DNA of 64,000 nucleotides from a plasmid: sequence record NZ_CP018188.1; one strand, 5' to 3'. Shown piece by piece: positions 21,590 to 32,474 of this stretch (position 1 is its first letter; each line of letters starts with the position of its first letter). The notes under the pieces were generated by a model. It saw only the letters and a program-made list of their open reading frames with translations, ran no database searches and was not told where the DNA came from. The position numbers and the translations under genes were made by a program.

Positions 21590-21808
21590 TTAATTACTTT
21601 TGAATTGCATCGCTTCATCGCTCTGCACAAATTCTCGCTGAGCATCTGTTAATTCCTCAAGTTCATCACAACCAATAAGTCCAAAGACTTCCATACCATC
21701 TTTAGTACTAACGATGTATGCCTCAAGTTCCCTAGCTTTGTCAACGTCTGACACTAAGTAAATGTTTTTTTTAGTCATTACTTCATCAGTCATTTTAATC
21801 TCCTTCAA
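21590..21808 (-). CDS. hypothetical small acidic protein (72 aa)
   Basis: ORF with GGAGG-like RBS (aaggagattaaaATG). Confidence 0.3.
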   Translation of the reverse strand: MKEIKMTDEVMTKKNIYLVSDVDKARELEAYIVSTKDGMEVFGLIGCDELEELTDAQREFVQSDEAMQFKSN

Positions 21809-21822
21809 CCCTTTATTAGTGT

Positions 21823-22815
21823 TTAATCTTCCCCCAATTTATCATGTTGGGCCCTGAAGGCATATAATGGATCAAAATCTGAATCAAGTTTATTGTTGTC
21901 GTCAGCTTGTTCAGCCATCTTAGCATTTAAACTATTTTCCATCCTCCCAATACAATCCATTACCTTCCTTATCATTGTAAGGGTTTCAGAGGTAATTTTC
22001 AAGACTTCACTTGAATTTTCATTGTTTTTAATTTTATCGGAGCTTTTCATTTTCTGCTTTAGACGTTCTTCAATTTCGTCTAAACGTAGCTCTTTCATGC
22101 TTTGTTGAGGTTCTAAAGTGGCTGATACTGGCTCTAAAGGTTTTATGCCTTCAACCGTCAAGTCTTCAATTTTGGTGACATTCATAATGACTTTAGCGCG
22201 TGATTCTTCTTTTCCATTATGACCTGGTATATAGATATAGTTGTTGTTACCAAAAAAAGATTGTTGGGTAATATCATTCTTAGCTAAACTTTCAAATAAA
22301 GGACCGTGACCCTCTACTAAACTGTTAGCAAAATATATATTTCTCGTGTCTCGAAAAAGTTGGGTATTAAAAATAAATGGTCTGTTCTTAGGGAAATTAT
22401 TGACGTGGGGAGAATGGAAAAAATGTTCTGTTGATAGGTAATGTACGTAAGGGACCTTGCTGAGTAGCTGAGACAAAGTATTCGTATCCATCTGAGCCTG
22501 CTCATCAAAGAGAAAGATATCTGTAATGTGGTTTGTTGAAGACGTTACTAACTCAATATCCTTTTTTAAATAGCCCGCTAGCAGAACGGCATGTTTTTTC
22601 TCATCCTCTAAATCTGCATGATTGTGGGTAATCGTAATCTTAGCTTTATCTTCTAAATACGATAGAGCATTCCAAGAAATATGTGACTTAAATCCCATAA
22701 TAGCGACTCTGTGGTCTTTAGATTTTGCAAAGTTAGTCAGCTTATGAAAAAAGGGAGAGGCTTCAAAAGGAGATAGGACGTAGGGATCAATATAGATATT
22801 AAGCATCAGTATCAC
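21823..22815 (-). CDS. hypothetical protein (330 aa), operon partner of the 483-aa protein
   Basis: Overlaps the upstream ORF by 17 nt. No motif recognised. Confidence 0.5.
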   Translation of the reverse strand: MILMLNIYIDPYVLSPFEASPFFHKLTNFAKSKDHRVAIMGFKSHISWNALSYLEDKAKITITHNHADLEDEKKHAVLLAGYLKKDIELVTSSTNHITDIFLFDEQAQMDTNTLSQLLSKVPYVHYLSTEHFFHSPHVNNFPKNRPFIFNTQLFRDTRNIYFANSLVEGHGPLFESLAKNDITQQSFFGNNNYIYIPGHNGKEESRAKVIMNVTKIEDLTVEGIKPLEPVSATLEPQQSMKELRLDEIEERLKQKMKSSDKIKNNENSSEVLKITSETLTMIRKVMDCIGRMENSLNAKMAEQADDNNKLDSDFDPLYAFRAQHDKLGED

Positions 22816-24250
22816 CTTCTTCTTGATTTAACTCTTCTAGTTCGGCATCTTTAATTAATGGACGCTCGTTAAACGCTTCATTCATTCTAAAGGGCATGTA
22901 TTTGGCCACACGACCACCATCTGTTGCATTTTGACTTCTGATAACAACTAGAGACTTATCAATCCCTTCTTCTGCAGCAAGTTCTAGGTTAAGGAAAATA
23001 ATGTTATTAAGGTTCTTATAGCCACCATTTTCGATAAGCATATATTTGTCTTCAATTTCTTGAATATCATCAAAATTGTCCACTATAATCAGTAGATAAC
23101 GTTTGTTTCCCTCTTCGTCTAAACCGTCCTCGAAACGTCCAAAGTGTTTAAAGACATTTAGCAATTTATCAAGATCGCTGGTATCACCTACATTGGTGAT
23201 ATAAGGATACACATCAAAAAGATTCTTTGTACCGTCATCTGCCTTTTTATTAAGTGCTAACTGACCGATAAAGAGATATCTAGGGACATGGACTGTATAC
23301 GTATGCTCTTTCTTCTTCGCCTTTTTGGCTTGTAATTCTGATTTTCGTTTCTCCATACCAGAAAGAGGACTTTTACTCTCACTCTTTTCTTGTGTCTTTG
23401 TCACTGTATACGTGAACTTCTCCAGTTTTGACGTAGGAACAAAATAGGCATAGTTTTGATTAAATTTGAAGTTCTGATAGGCATCTACGACCTTCCAGTA
23501 TCGAATAGGAGAGTAGTTATCTTCTTCCCGAAGAATATCTTTCCATTTATAAGTGAAGTTTCTGCTGATCTTATTTGCTAGTAAGAGCAACATCGTTCCA
23601 TGACTGTAAATAGAGTAACTTGTTGCAAGAGCCCCTGGAGTGTCTTCACGTTCAAACTCCCACTCTTGAACCAAGTAAAACTCTCTGAGTCGTTTGAGAT
23701 GCGGTTTGATTTTAGGAATCGGTAAACCAAACTCCCTTGAAATTTGAAGGAGTTGAACATTTCGGAAAGTAGCTATAAATAGTAGGATATCCATATCTAA
23801 CTGGTTTAGTTGCTTACTTATTAACTCGTAATCTGTTTCTTGACTATAGTTAATCTGAATGATGTAATCCTCTTGAAGTTGCAAATGGAAAGGAAAGTCA
23901 TTCTTTGGGTAAACTTGTTTCAGTAATGGTGTCGAGGCATACTTCTTATAATAGTCGTCCGAAAATCGAGAGACAGTATTCAATGTTGCTTTTCCATCGA
24001 TTGTTCTTACCCCAAAACGGCGTAGTCTTTCATTGAATTTCTTAACGAAGTCTTGATAGGCTTCCAGTGCTTCAGCTGAAGGCTCTTCTCCTGTTTCAGA
24101 TAATCGAACTGTCCCATCAGGCATGAGAGTGACTTCTTCCCCATTAAATATTTTCTTCGGATAAAGTGGAAGATTGATTTTCTTAGCAATATTTTGTAAC
24201 CATTTTTTATTACCTGGTGTTCTTGTCATTTGTCTAGTCCTTCTCTTCAA
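22799..24250 (-). CDS. hypothetical protein (483 aa)
   Basis: Long ORF with basic N-terminus; no motif recognised. Confidence 0.5.
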   Translation of the reverse strand: MKRRTRQMTRTPGNKKWLQNIAKKINLPLYPKKIFNGEEVTLMPDGTVRLSETGEEPSAEALEAYQDFVKKFNERLRRFGVRTIDGKATLNTVSRFSDDYYKKYASTPLLKQVYPKNDFPFHLQLQEDYIIQINYSQETDYELISKQLNQLDMDILLFIATFRNVQLLQISREFGLPIPKIKPHLKRLREFYLVQEWEFEREDTPGALATSYSIYSHGTMLLLLANKISRNFTYKWKDILREEDNYSPIRYWKVVDAYQNFKFNQNYAYFVPTSKLEKFTYTVTKTQEKSESKSPLSGMEKRKSELQAKKAKKKEHTYTVHVPRYLFIGQLALNKKADDGTKNLFDVYPYITNVGDTSDLDKLLNVFKHFGRFEDGLDEEGNKRYLLIIVDNFDDIQEIEDKYMLIENGGYKNLNNIIFLNLELAAEEGIDKSLVVIRSQNATDGGRVAKYMPFRMNEAFNERPLIKDAELEELNQEEGDTDA

Positions 24251-24399
24251 TTTTTTGGAACCATTATACTAAACCTCATATACCTTTTTTAACCCAGTGA
24301 CACCCACGCACAAATTAGAACTCAAAACCAAGAGCCAGATTGATATACTTCTCTGATAATGTATACTTGATAAATTGCAAGAATAAGTGCAACATTTAC

Positions 24400-24880
24400 T
24401 CGAACTCTTCTATTAGGGCTTCACAAGCAGTTCTGTAAGGTAAACATTTTCGTGGTCGGTGATTGATATCATATAAGGCCTTGTTCAAAGCCTCATCAGA
24501 GATAGTCGCTAAATCTGTTTTCTTTGGGAAATTGGCGTACCAAGCCTAAATCTTCCAAGTGTTTCTTTGGGTTGTCGAGTTTTTCCTTTATGACGAAGGA
24601 CGCTCAAATCCAGATCAATCAAACCAGCATAGAGCCAGTTATAAATAGTTTTAAAAGCTACCATTGGCTTTTGTTCAAGCTGATAGCGGACCACAAATCT
24701 GTTCAGGCGACCAAGAGGATTTTTTACCGTTCTCAATTTCCTTTTTCAACTTTGGTGTCAAACAAGACTTTTGACCTTTTTGCTTATCCCTACGGTTGTA
24801 CTGTTCCTCTGCTGGGACTACTCTATGTTTCCATTCATAAAATGCAGAACACGTAATTCCGAGCAGATTGCACATTCAGC
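24400..24880 (-). pseudogene. IS30-family transposase fragment
   Basis: Fragments ..SSWSPEQICGPLSA and ..FKTIYNWLYAGLIDLDLSVLRHKGKTR.. in different frames, typical of the IS30 transposase N-terminal/linker region. Confidence 0.5.
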
Positions 24881-24989
24881 TAATGCTTCAACTTTTATTT
24901 CTGTTAAAGCATTCAATCACTAAGTATTTTGATTCATGGCGCTATTTACCTAACCTCGTCAGCTAGTTTGTGATGATTCCTTTTGTCAA

Positions 24990-25241
24990 TTAAACTTTCT
25001 TCGCCACTACTAATACATTTTTTACAAGTTCCATTTTAAATTCTTTTGAATAGGAACGATTTTTTGTTTTCTTTGTAAATCCTAAAATCCCATATTTTTT
25101 ATAGATAGCAGCCCAATCTTGAATCGCCCTTGTGGAAATATGGAGACAGTTACGTATTTCAGATCTGGAACAATTACCATTAATATAATCGATACAAGCT
25201 TGTTCTTTCTCGAATGGAGTGTAATTTTCTCTTCTAGACAT
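24990..25241 (-). pseudogene. transposase N-terminal HTH fragment (IS3-like)
   Basis: 83-aa ORF ending ..YSKEFKMELVKNVL with no catalytic domain following. Confidence 0.35.
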
Positions 25242-25533
25242 AAAAATACCTCTTAAGTAGATTTTAGGTATTTACCATGTCTACTTAAGAGGTATCATAT
25301 CAGAACGGGTGTTTTGCTCTTCGGCTGAAAGCCTCTGCTACCGGCCGAGGCCTAAAAGGCCTACCGAATGGTTTCCCTTCAGCACCACCTTTACTAGCTG
25401 TCCCGACTAGCGGGTCAGATCAAGACTACTTTCTTTTATTCTTCTCACCTGTAAACGGATCATATTCCTCGAAAAGACTGAGCTGATCTGCTATCACGTC
25501 TTCTTGTAATTGATTACGAATATATTCTTCAAG

Positions 25534-25896
25534 TCACTTCTGATTTCGCCCAACCATATCAACATAAAACCTGCGACACCAAAATTTGCGGTTCCCATAT
25601 TTATAGTTTAAATTAGCGTGTCGATCGAATATCATTAAGCTATTTTTACCCTTTAAATATCCCATAAATGAGGAAATAATTTGTTTCGGTGGTATACTCA
25701 CCAACATGTGAGTGTAAGCTGGGCAAGCTTCTGCTTCATGAATTTCAACGCCTTTTCTTTCACATAATAACCGTAAGATTTGACCAATACTTGCTTTGTA
25801 TTTCCCATAAATTATCTGACGTCTATATTTTGGGACGAAAACAATATGATACTTACAATTCCATGTAGTATTATACGCAAAAGCTATTTTGTACAT
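25534..25896 (-). pseudogene. tnpA: IS200/IS605-family TnpA (HuH Y1 transposase), C-terminally disrupted
   Basis: HIVFVPKYRR and HMLVSIPP HuH motifs. The C-terminus continues in another frame. A GC-rich hairpin region (25290-25440) sits downstream, as expected for an IS200 end. Confidence 0.7.
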
Positions 25897-26287
25897 TTTA
25901 TCTATACTCTACTTTGGATTTACTATTTTGGTGAAAGATTGAGTAAGAGATTCTTTAACAAACTCATCTGATAAAACTGTCGCTCTTTCTTTTTGTTTTT
26001 AATTTGTCAAAAGTTTATTTGCTTCTTCTCGTATTTGGTTCTCGGTTTGTTTTGAAATAGATTGTGAACCAATCTTATAGCCAATCATAACAATAAAACT
26101 TATTACGATTAAACCTCTACTCCAACCAGAAATCGAGCCTTCACTTTGTTAAACATGACTTACTTCTTTATTAGTGAAAGCCACATCATATCAAGATTAG
26201 TTTGGAGATTTTATCACTGGAAAAATATGATTAACTACAAATTATGGTATACTAACGATAATAAATTGTTATCGGTAGGAGAAGTCA

Positions 26288-27529
26288 GTGTATAAAATTA
26301 ATAAATTTGAAGGTGAAATCTATCAGAAGTTAAATAAAATTCTTGATTCATATAACCAAGAACAGAATAGCGTAATAAATCTTGCTGCATGTATTAGCTA
26401 TCCATTCACCGAAGTATTAGAGATTCAAAGTTTCCCTCTCGCTACTCTGCCAACAGAGGGAGCTGTTGAAAAACGCTTTTTTCCTCATTGTACTTCATTG
26501 GATAATATTGAAATATATTCAGAAGAATTGTGTCTTCAACTTTTTGATTTAAATCCTGGTGATTATAGAGTTAATGTGCAACCACATTCAGGAACTCAGG
26601 CTAACCAAATAGTCTATAATTGTGTTTTAGAAAGTGACGATTATATTTTATCGTTATCTCCAAAAGACGGAGGACATATTTCACACACTTATACAGGCAA
26701 AGGTACTGTAAAATATTATCACTTAGATCATGATTTAAATATTGATTATATCGAATTAAAGGAATTATTAGATAAATATAAACCTAAATTGATTATTATT
26801 GGTGCTTCATCGTATGGAAATGAATTTAATTATCAACAAATTTATGAAATTATAAAAGAGGTTAGCCCCAATACCCTTATTTTAGCGGATATTTGCCATA
26901 GTGTTTTATATATTATGGCAAAGCTACATAAGTCGATTTTTCCATATGTGGATTTCGTTACTTTTACAATGGATAAATGCTTACGTGGGCCTCAAGGAGG
27001 AGTACTAATGTATCGTTCTATATTTGAAGAAAAAATAACTAATTCAATTTTTCCTAGAACACAGGGAGGTCCTACACAAAATGCATTATTTGCGAAATGT
27101 ATCTGTTTAATCAAATTATTATCAATAGATATTCAAGATTATGCACAACAGGTTATAAAAAATACTTTATTGTTTATAAAACAATTAAGTAAAGAAGGGG
27201 TTGATGTTGTTTATAAAAACTCAAAGACTCATATAATTTTAGTTAATCTACTGAATCTAAACTTGAGTGGTAAGGATGCAGAGAATCTACTTTTTCAACA
27301 TAAAATATTAGTTAACCGAAATCAAATTCCAAATGATACACACGGACCAATGACGACTTCAGGAATAAGATTAGGAACAATCGGAATTACAAATTTATCC
27401 TATACTGATGATGATATTAAAAAATTAGCTAAACTAGTAGCTAATTTATTAAAATATAAACAATATGATTATTCCATATATTTAGATCTCATTCGCAAGT
27501 ACCATGAACAAATTAATATCTCCAATTAG
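26288..27529 (+). CDS. divergent serine hydroxymethyltransferase-family PLP enzyme (413 aa)
   Basis: SHMT signatures PHSGTQANQ, DGGHISH and FTMDKCLRGPQGG (Lys-containing PLP motif). The otherwise conserved His before the Lys is Asp. Overall divergent from housekeeping GlyA. Confidence 0.7.
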   Translation: MYKINKFEGEIYQKLNKILDSYNQEQNSVINLAACISYPFTEVLEIQSFPLATLPTEGAVEKRFFPHCTSLDNIEIYSEELCLQLFDLNPGDYRVNVQPHSGTQANQIVYNCVLESDDYILSLSPKDGGHISHTYTGKGTVKYYHLDHDLNIDYIELKELLDKYKPKLIIIGASSYGNEFNYQQIYEIIKEVSPNTLILADICHSVLYIMAKLHKSIFPYVDFVTFTMDKCLRGPQGGVLMYRSIFEEKITNSIFPRTQGGPTQNALFAKCICLIKLLSIDIQDYAQQVIKNTLLFIKQLSKEGVDVVYKNSKTHIILVNLLNLNLSGKDAENLLFQHKILVNRNQIPNDTHGPMTTSGIRLGTIGITNLSYTDDDIKKLAKLVANLLKYKQYDYSIYLDLIRKYHEQINISN

Positions 27530-29792
27530 GAGAAAGACCTATACAGAAATTATTTTTTTTGTAAGGAATCAACAGATAGTATTTAGTGAGTCCGTCTTGA
27601 TAATCATCAATATAAGTTTTTTCACAAACAAAAGGAATATCATCAAATTGTTGTAAATTGTATACTATTTGAAATTTATACCAAGGATCGTCTATGAGTG
27701 GAATTTCTTCCTCAAAGTTTCTTAGTGAATTTTGAAATTCTGTAAAAGAGATTCTTTCAGAAATCAATTCAATAATTAATTTGTTTAACTTGAGCATCCT
27801 AATATCTAAGGTCAAAGCTTTAGGACATTCTTGAAGTGATTTATTTATATACTTCAGAGATTGTTGATAATTTTTATTCATCAAAAAAATAATTGATTTA
27901 TTACAATATGGTTCAAAAATTTCATTTGAATCATATTTTTTTAGTATTTTTGAGGCCTTATTTAGATTCTCTAAAGCTATATCATATTCTCCGTCCCAGA
28001 TATTAACAACACCTAAATTATTATATACTGTTGCAACAGGTATTTGATATTCATTACGTTGAAAATAGTCCAATGCTAGTTTGAGATTTTCGGTAGCTTC
28101 TTTAGTTGGGAAATAATGAGCAGAATTTCGTAAAATAATATAATAGAAGTCGTCTTTTTCTACAGAATTCATGCTTTCATTAAGGAGTTTAATTGCCTCT
28201 CGATCTTTACCTAAATGACCATAAGCATTTAGCTTGTAGAGTAATGTTCCAGAGCAATTTTCTAACTTTTCCAGTGATTTTAGCGCCTCCTCAAATTCAT
28301 ATTTTTGAATTTGAAATCTAGGATAGTATAGCTGTAAATCTTTTGAATAATTATCTTTTTGAAGACTGTTTAAAATAGCTAAACCTCCATTAAAATCAGA
28401 AATCCACTGGTACGAGTTCAATATATAATGTAAGTATTTTTCGGGTAATAATTCTATTAAATGAAGTATCTTCTTACTCAAAGATACAATGTAAAAATAT
28501 GAATTTTTCCTGTATTCGATTTCAAGTAACTGTTTGATATATTCTACATTTTGCCGCAACTCTTCAATATTACATATATTTATTAAGCAGTGAATTAAAT
28601 AAGCTAACTCGCCACCAACTCCTATAGATAGGATAGTTTGCTCTAAATATATTTTTAGATTGTTGGTTACTAATTGAAGATCAGAAGCATTTGTGTGATT
28701 TAAAATACCATTTACAATTGATTCGTGTGAAATTTTGATTTTATCATTTGTATCTCCATTAATATAGACAAAACCTGCATCAATAAGGGATTTTAGAGAA
28801 TCAGCTACTTCAGTATTTTCGTCTAATATAGATTTAATGTAGTTAAAAACTATATCTTTTCTCATACCAGCAGGAAAAATCGATGATATGATAAGTATAT
28901 TTTTTTGAATATCTGGAAGTTTGTCATATATATCAGAAATATTAAATAATTCTGAATTTGGATTATCAATAAGTCTGTTAATAATTAATTCAATATCTTT
29001 ATAATTACCTTGTGTTATCTGCCATATTTGATTCAATTTGACATTATCAAGTAAAGCAATTTTATTTCTTATTAGTAATTTACACTCATCCTCAGTAAGA
29101 TACGATAAATTTAATACAGTAGGAGTATAATTGTCCAATGTATCTAGTTTATCAATCGATTTTATCTTATCATTTGTTCGGTTTATAATTGTTAAAGAGA
29201 TTCCGCTTTGAAGTGTATTAAAGTCATCTTCAAATTTTATTTTTATATCTTCAGATAAAAATTGATAATTATCAATAATAATATTAAGACGGATTTTTTT
29301 TGAAACATGACTGAAATATCTTAAATATAAATCATTTTCAAATATTCCCTCCTTTATTTCAGTAATAACTTCTTCCCAAGGATAATCAATTACTTTTTTG
29401 TAAGTTGTATCGAATGCAATAAACGATCTGATTAACCTAAAACTATGTTTCAGAGTTAGATTTGTTAGTTTTTGTTTTCTTAAATAATTTGAAAACGAAT
29501 ATTTTTGAGGTATTGATAAGCATAGATTTCTTCTGAATTGTGTTGGGACATACGCTCCTTTTAGTAGATTTTCAAAAAATTTATTACTTTCAAACCCATC
29601 ATTTATAACATCAATGTAGAGAATAAAGGCTTCTTTATCATGGCTGTAAACTTGTTGACAAACCTCTTTGATTAGCTCGGTTTTACCACTACCACTTAAA
29701 CCATTAATAATATATAAACTATTTTTATCATTACTAGAAAATTTAAAATGCTGTTTTAATTCTTCTATTTCAGTATCGCGACCGTAATACAT
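27513..29792 (-). CDS. STAND-type P-loop NTPase with C-terminal TPR-like repeats (759 aa)
   Basis: N-terminal YGRDTEIEELKQHF..LYIINGLSGSGKTEL (AAA_16-like Walker A). C-terminal half is a repetitive helical TPR-like array (..YNNLGVVNIWDGEYDIALENLNKA..). Confidence 0.65.
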   Translation of the reverse strand: MYYGRDTEIEELKQHFKFSSNDKNSLYIINGLSGSGKTELIKEVCQQVYSHDKEAFILYIDVINDGFESNKFFENLLKGAYVPTQFRRNLCLSIPQKYSFSNYLRKQKLTNLTLKHSFRLIRSFIAFDTTYKKVIDYPWEEVITEIKEGIFENDLYLRYFSHVSKKIRLNIIIDNYQFLSEDIKIKFEDDFNTLQSGISLTIINRTNDKIKSIDKLDTLDNYTPTVLNLSYLTEDECKLLIRNKIALLDNVKLNQIWQITQGNYKDIELIINRLIDNPNSELFNISDIYDKLPDIQKNILIISSIFPAGMRKDIVFNYIKSILDENTEVADSLKSLIDAGFVYINGDTNDKIKISHESIVNGILNHTNASDLQLVTNNLKIYLEQTILSIGVGGELAYLIHCLINICNIEELRQNVEYIKQLLEIEYRKNSYFYIVSLSKKILHLIELLPEKYLHYILNSYQWISDFNGGLAILNSLQKDNYSKDLQLYYPRFQIQKYEFEEALKSLEKLENCSGTLLYKLNAYGHLGKDREAIKLLNESMNSVEKDDFYYIILRNSAHYFPTKEATENLKLALDYFQRNEYQIPVATVYNNLGVVNIWDGEYDIALENLNKASKILKKYDSNEIFEPYCNKSIIFLMNKNYQQSLKYINKSLQECPKALTLDIRMLKLNKLIIELISERISFTEFQNSLRNFEEEIPLIDDPWYKFQIVYNLQQFDDIPFVCEKTYIDDYQDGLTKYYLLIPYKKNNFCIGLSPNWRY

Positions 29793-29865
29793 AAAACATC
29801 TCCTACCGATAACAATTTATTATCACTATACGAAGCACTCAAATAGGTTTATAATAGCATGATTA

Positions 29866-30780
29866 TTGATAAAGGAGATTTTTATGGATTATAAACTTAT
29901 TTCTACTTACTTAGATTATTGCAAAACTCATAAGCGTTTGAGTTCACACACGATTCGCGCTTATAAGAATGATCTTATGCAATTTTATAACTCAGACTAT
30001 GATAATGTCGAATCCTATATAGAACAGTTGACACGATCTAACATAAAAACGAATACATTAAGAAGAAAAATTGCTTGTATGAAGGTGTTTTATAACTATC
30101 TAAAATACCAGAACATAATTGAAGAGAATCCCTTCAATCAATTGCGCTTTCAATTTAGAACTGAAAAAGTATTGCCTAAAACGATTCCGTATGACATTCT
30201 GAAAAGTATTTTTATATATTTAGAACGGAAAGTAATTGTATCTAAAACTGACTATCAAAAACAACACGCTGAAAGAAATCTACTAATTATTTCACTTTTA
30301 CTTTCAACAGGCATCAGAATTTCTGAACTTTGCCACATTCATCTCAAAGACATTAATCTGTCCAATAAGACACTCCATATTATAGGAAAGGGTAAGAAAG
30401 AACGTATCCTATTTTTAGGAGATCAAAAAACATTCAATTTATTAGAAACATATATAAATAAAACAAGAAATGAATCCAATGATTTCTTGTTCCCAGGGAA
30501 ACATTCACTTAAACCATTGTCAGAGCAAAGTGTACGTTTAGTAATAAAGAGAATCGTTGAACAAAATAACTTTTCTAGAACTATTACACCGCATATGTTT
30601 AGACATAGCTTTGCGACAATGCTTCTAGATAGTGATGTAGATATTCGATATATTCAACAAATTCTTGGACATAGTTCTATATCAATCACACAAATCTATA
30701 CTCACGTATCTCATTCAAAACAAGAAGAAATACTTAGTTCTTTTAATCCCGTATCAGTAATTCATTCTGAAATCGAGTAA
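29866..30780 (+). CDS. tyrosine recombinase (XerC/D-like, 304 aa)
   Basis: C-terminal HMFRHSFAT .. LGHSSISITQIYTHV catalytic motifs. Confidence 0.8.
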   Translation: MIKEIFMDYKLISTYLDYCKTHKRLSSHTIRAYKNDLMQFYNSDYDNVESYIEQLTRSNIKTNTLRRKIACMKVFYNYLKYQNIIEENPFNQLRFQFRTEKVLPKTIPYDILKSIFIYLERKVIVSKTDYQKQHAERNLLIISLLLSTGIRISELCHIHLKDINLSNKTLHIIGKGKKERILFLGDQKTFNLLETYINKTRNESNDFLFPGKHSLKPLSEQSVRLVIKRIVEQNNFSRTITPHMFRHSFATMLLDSDVDIRYIQQILGHSSISITQIYTHVSHSKQEEILSSFNPVSVIHSEIE

Positions 30781-31170
30781 GAGACATTTCCAAAGTCTAC
30801 AGTTCACTTCATCTTAAATTAATTTTTGTAGTTCGACTTTAGTTAATAGATTTTATACTCAACAAAAGCAAAAAACATATAAAACTTCACTTTGAATCAG
30901 CATTTATACTATATTCCGTATTAAGGACTCCATAATTGTTTTTCTAAAATACATCTTTCAAATATCCTTAAATATAATAAAAAGAGATGGGCAAAATCTC
31001 AATTCCTGAAGAAAATGGAGTAAATCTTCCCACAAGAAAACGCATAATTTCAAGTTTTTCAACACCTGATACTATGCGTTTTTTGGTTCTAAAAAATTTT
31101 CGCCCACATTAAACAACTAACAAAAGTTATAAGTAGACTATATTTTAAAATTTTTGTTCTAACAACCATT

Positions 31171-31929
31171 TCAATTAGTTAAATCTTTAAATCTTTCTTC
31201 TCCAGATTTAAGCATATCCTTTTCTACCTGACTCCACTCTCCAAACAATAATTCATGAAGAACAGCTGCTGCTGATATTTCATCATCTCTCGAATCGTAA
31301 ACACAGGTCCTATCTCGTTGATAGATTTGGATTTGTTCAAAGATACCTAATTGCTCCAGCTGGTGGGTATTCTCAACTAGATTGTTCACTATCAGATCAT
31401 GATGTTCTTTTGGAGTTGCGCGTGCTTGATTTGGATTGATAGCGTACAGTTCTTCGTATCGGATAAGGGTGCTCAGATAGGACAGCTTAGGCTTTGTCGC
31501 AATCAAGGCTAATTGTACTTCATATCCCTTACTTTTCAAGAGTTGTGCTGTTTCCTTTGGAACGTCAATCGTTCGTAAAGTTCCCTCTATCAAAAGATTG
31601 TATCCCAAATGACTCAATTCTGTTACTAAAGACTCTACCATTTTGCCTGCAAAATCTTTGGTGTATTCAACACTGTCTTTGCCATATTCTTGCTGCAGTT
31701 CTAAATAGTGTGGATGCTGAGAACGAAAACTATCGCCATCTATGATAACAATATTTCCTTGAAATTCTTTCTGTTTAATACGATGAATTGTAGTCTTACC
31801 GGCACCACTTTGCCCTCCAAGCAAAATCGCTATAGGTTGCTTACTGGACTTTTTTCCTCTTGTCAGAGAACGAAGATTCCTTGCTAAAGCATGTTTGAAT
31901 TCTCTACCAGTATAATCTTGGATTTCCAT
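31171..31929 (-). CDS. pezT: zeta toxin PezT (UDP-GlcNAc kinase toxin)
   Basis: MEIQDYTGREFKHALARNLRSLTRGKKSSKQPIAILLGGQSGAGKT.. Walker A and overall sequence recalled as near-identical to pneumococcal PezT. Confidence 0.9.
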   Translation of the reverse strand: MEIQDYTGREFKHALARNLRSLTRGKKSSKQPIAILLGGQSGAGKTTIHRIKQKEFQGNIVIIDGDSFRSQHPHYLELQQEYGKDSVEYTKDFAGKMVESLVTELSHLGYNLLIEGTLRTIDVPKETAQLLKSKGYEVQLALIATKPKLSYLSTLIRYEELYAINPNQARATPKEHHDLIVNNLVENTHQLEQLGIFEQIQIYQRDRTCVYDSRDDEISAAAVLHELLFGEWSQVEKDMLKSGEERFKDLTN

Positions 31930-32405
31930 TAGGCTACCATCCGTTTTTCAGATATCTCTAACATACGTTCAATTCCATCCAAATAGCCGCTATATCTCTC
32001 TATTTCATCAAAAGTTTCTACTAAATAGATATTCGTATGAATCAAGTCAGATAGATCATTACTCATTAAAATCCAAGGATTAGATTCATCATCAATGCTA
32101 ATTCCCTGACTATCTTGATAACGATAGAGTCGAGATAGTAGATTAGCACCTCTTTCTTTCACAATTTCAATTTTTAAAGTCAATTCATAATCTTCAACAG
32201 GATTGAGCATTTTATCTTCTCCTACAATATCGACATAAGATACATTAAACTTCTGACAAATGATGTCTATTAGTTCTGTAGATACTGAACTAGTTCCATT
32301 TTCATAACGGCTTAAGCTATTTCGAGAAATTCCTATAATTCGGGCAAATTCGGGTTGTGTTAAGCCATGTGTTTTACGTAAGGATTTTATGTTTTTTCCA
32401 ATCAT
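31929..32405 (-). CDS. pezA: antitoxin PezA (HTH-XRE + epsilon-like domain)
   Basis: N-terminal HTH IKSLRKTHGLTQPEFARIIGISRNSLSRYENG. 1-nt overlap with pezT in the typical pezA-pezT order. Confidence 0.85.
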   Translation of the reverse strand: MIGKNIKSLRKTHGLTQPEFARIIGISRNSLSRYENGTSSVSTELIDIICQKFNVSYVDIVGEDKMLNPVEDYELTLKIEIVKERGANLLSRLYRYQDSQGISIDDESNPWILMSNDLSDLIHTNIYLVETFDEIERYSGYLDGIERMLEISEKRMVA

Positions 32406-32474
32406 AGCAGACTCCTTTTATTTGATACCACCATTATAACATTTAGAAAAAGCAAACGCACCATTTTTGGTGCG

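Noticed and set aside
24524-24856. Plus-strand ORF 24524..24856 (110 aa)
   Set aside because: It is antisense to recognisable IS30-transposase fragments and is low-complexity. It is likely a shadow ORF.
26288-27529. Annotating the SHMT-like gene as housekeeping glyA
   Set aside because: It is highly divergent (His to Asp next to the PLP lysine, atypical termini) and sits in an IS-flanked accessory context with a STAND NTPase. A housekeeping role is unlikely.
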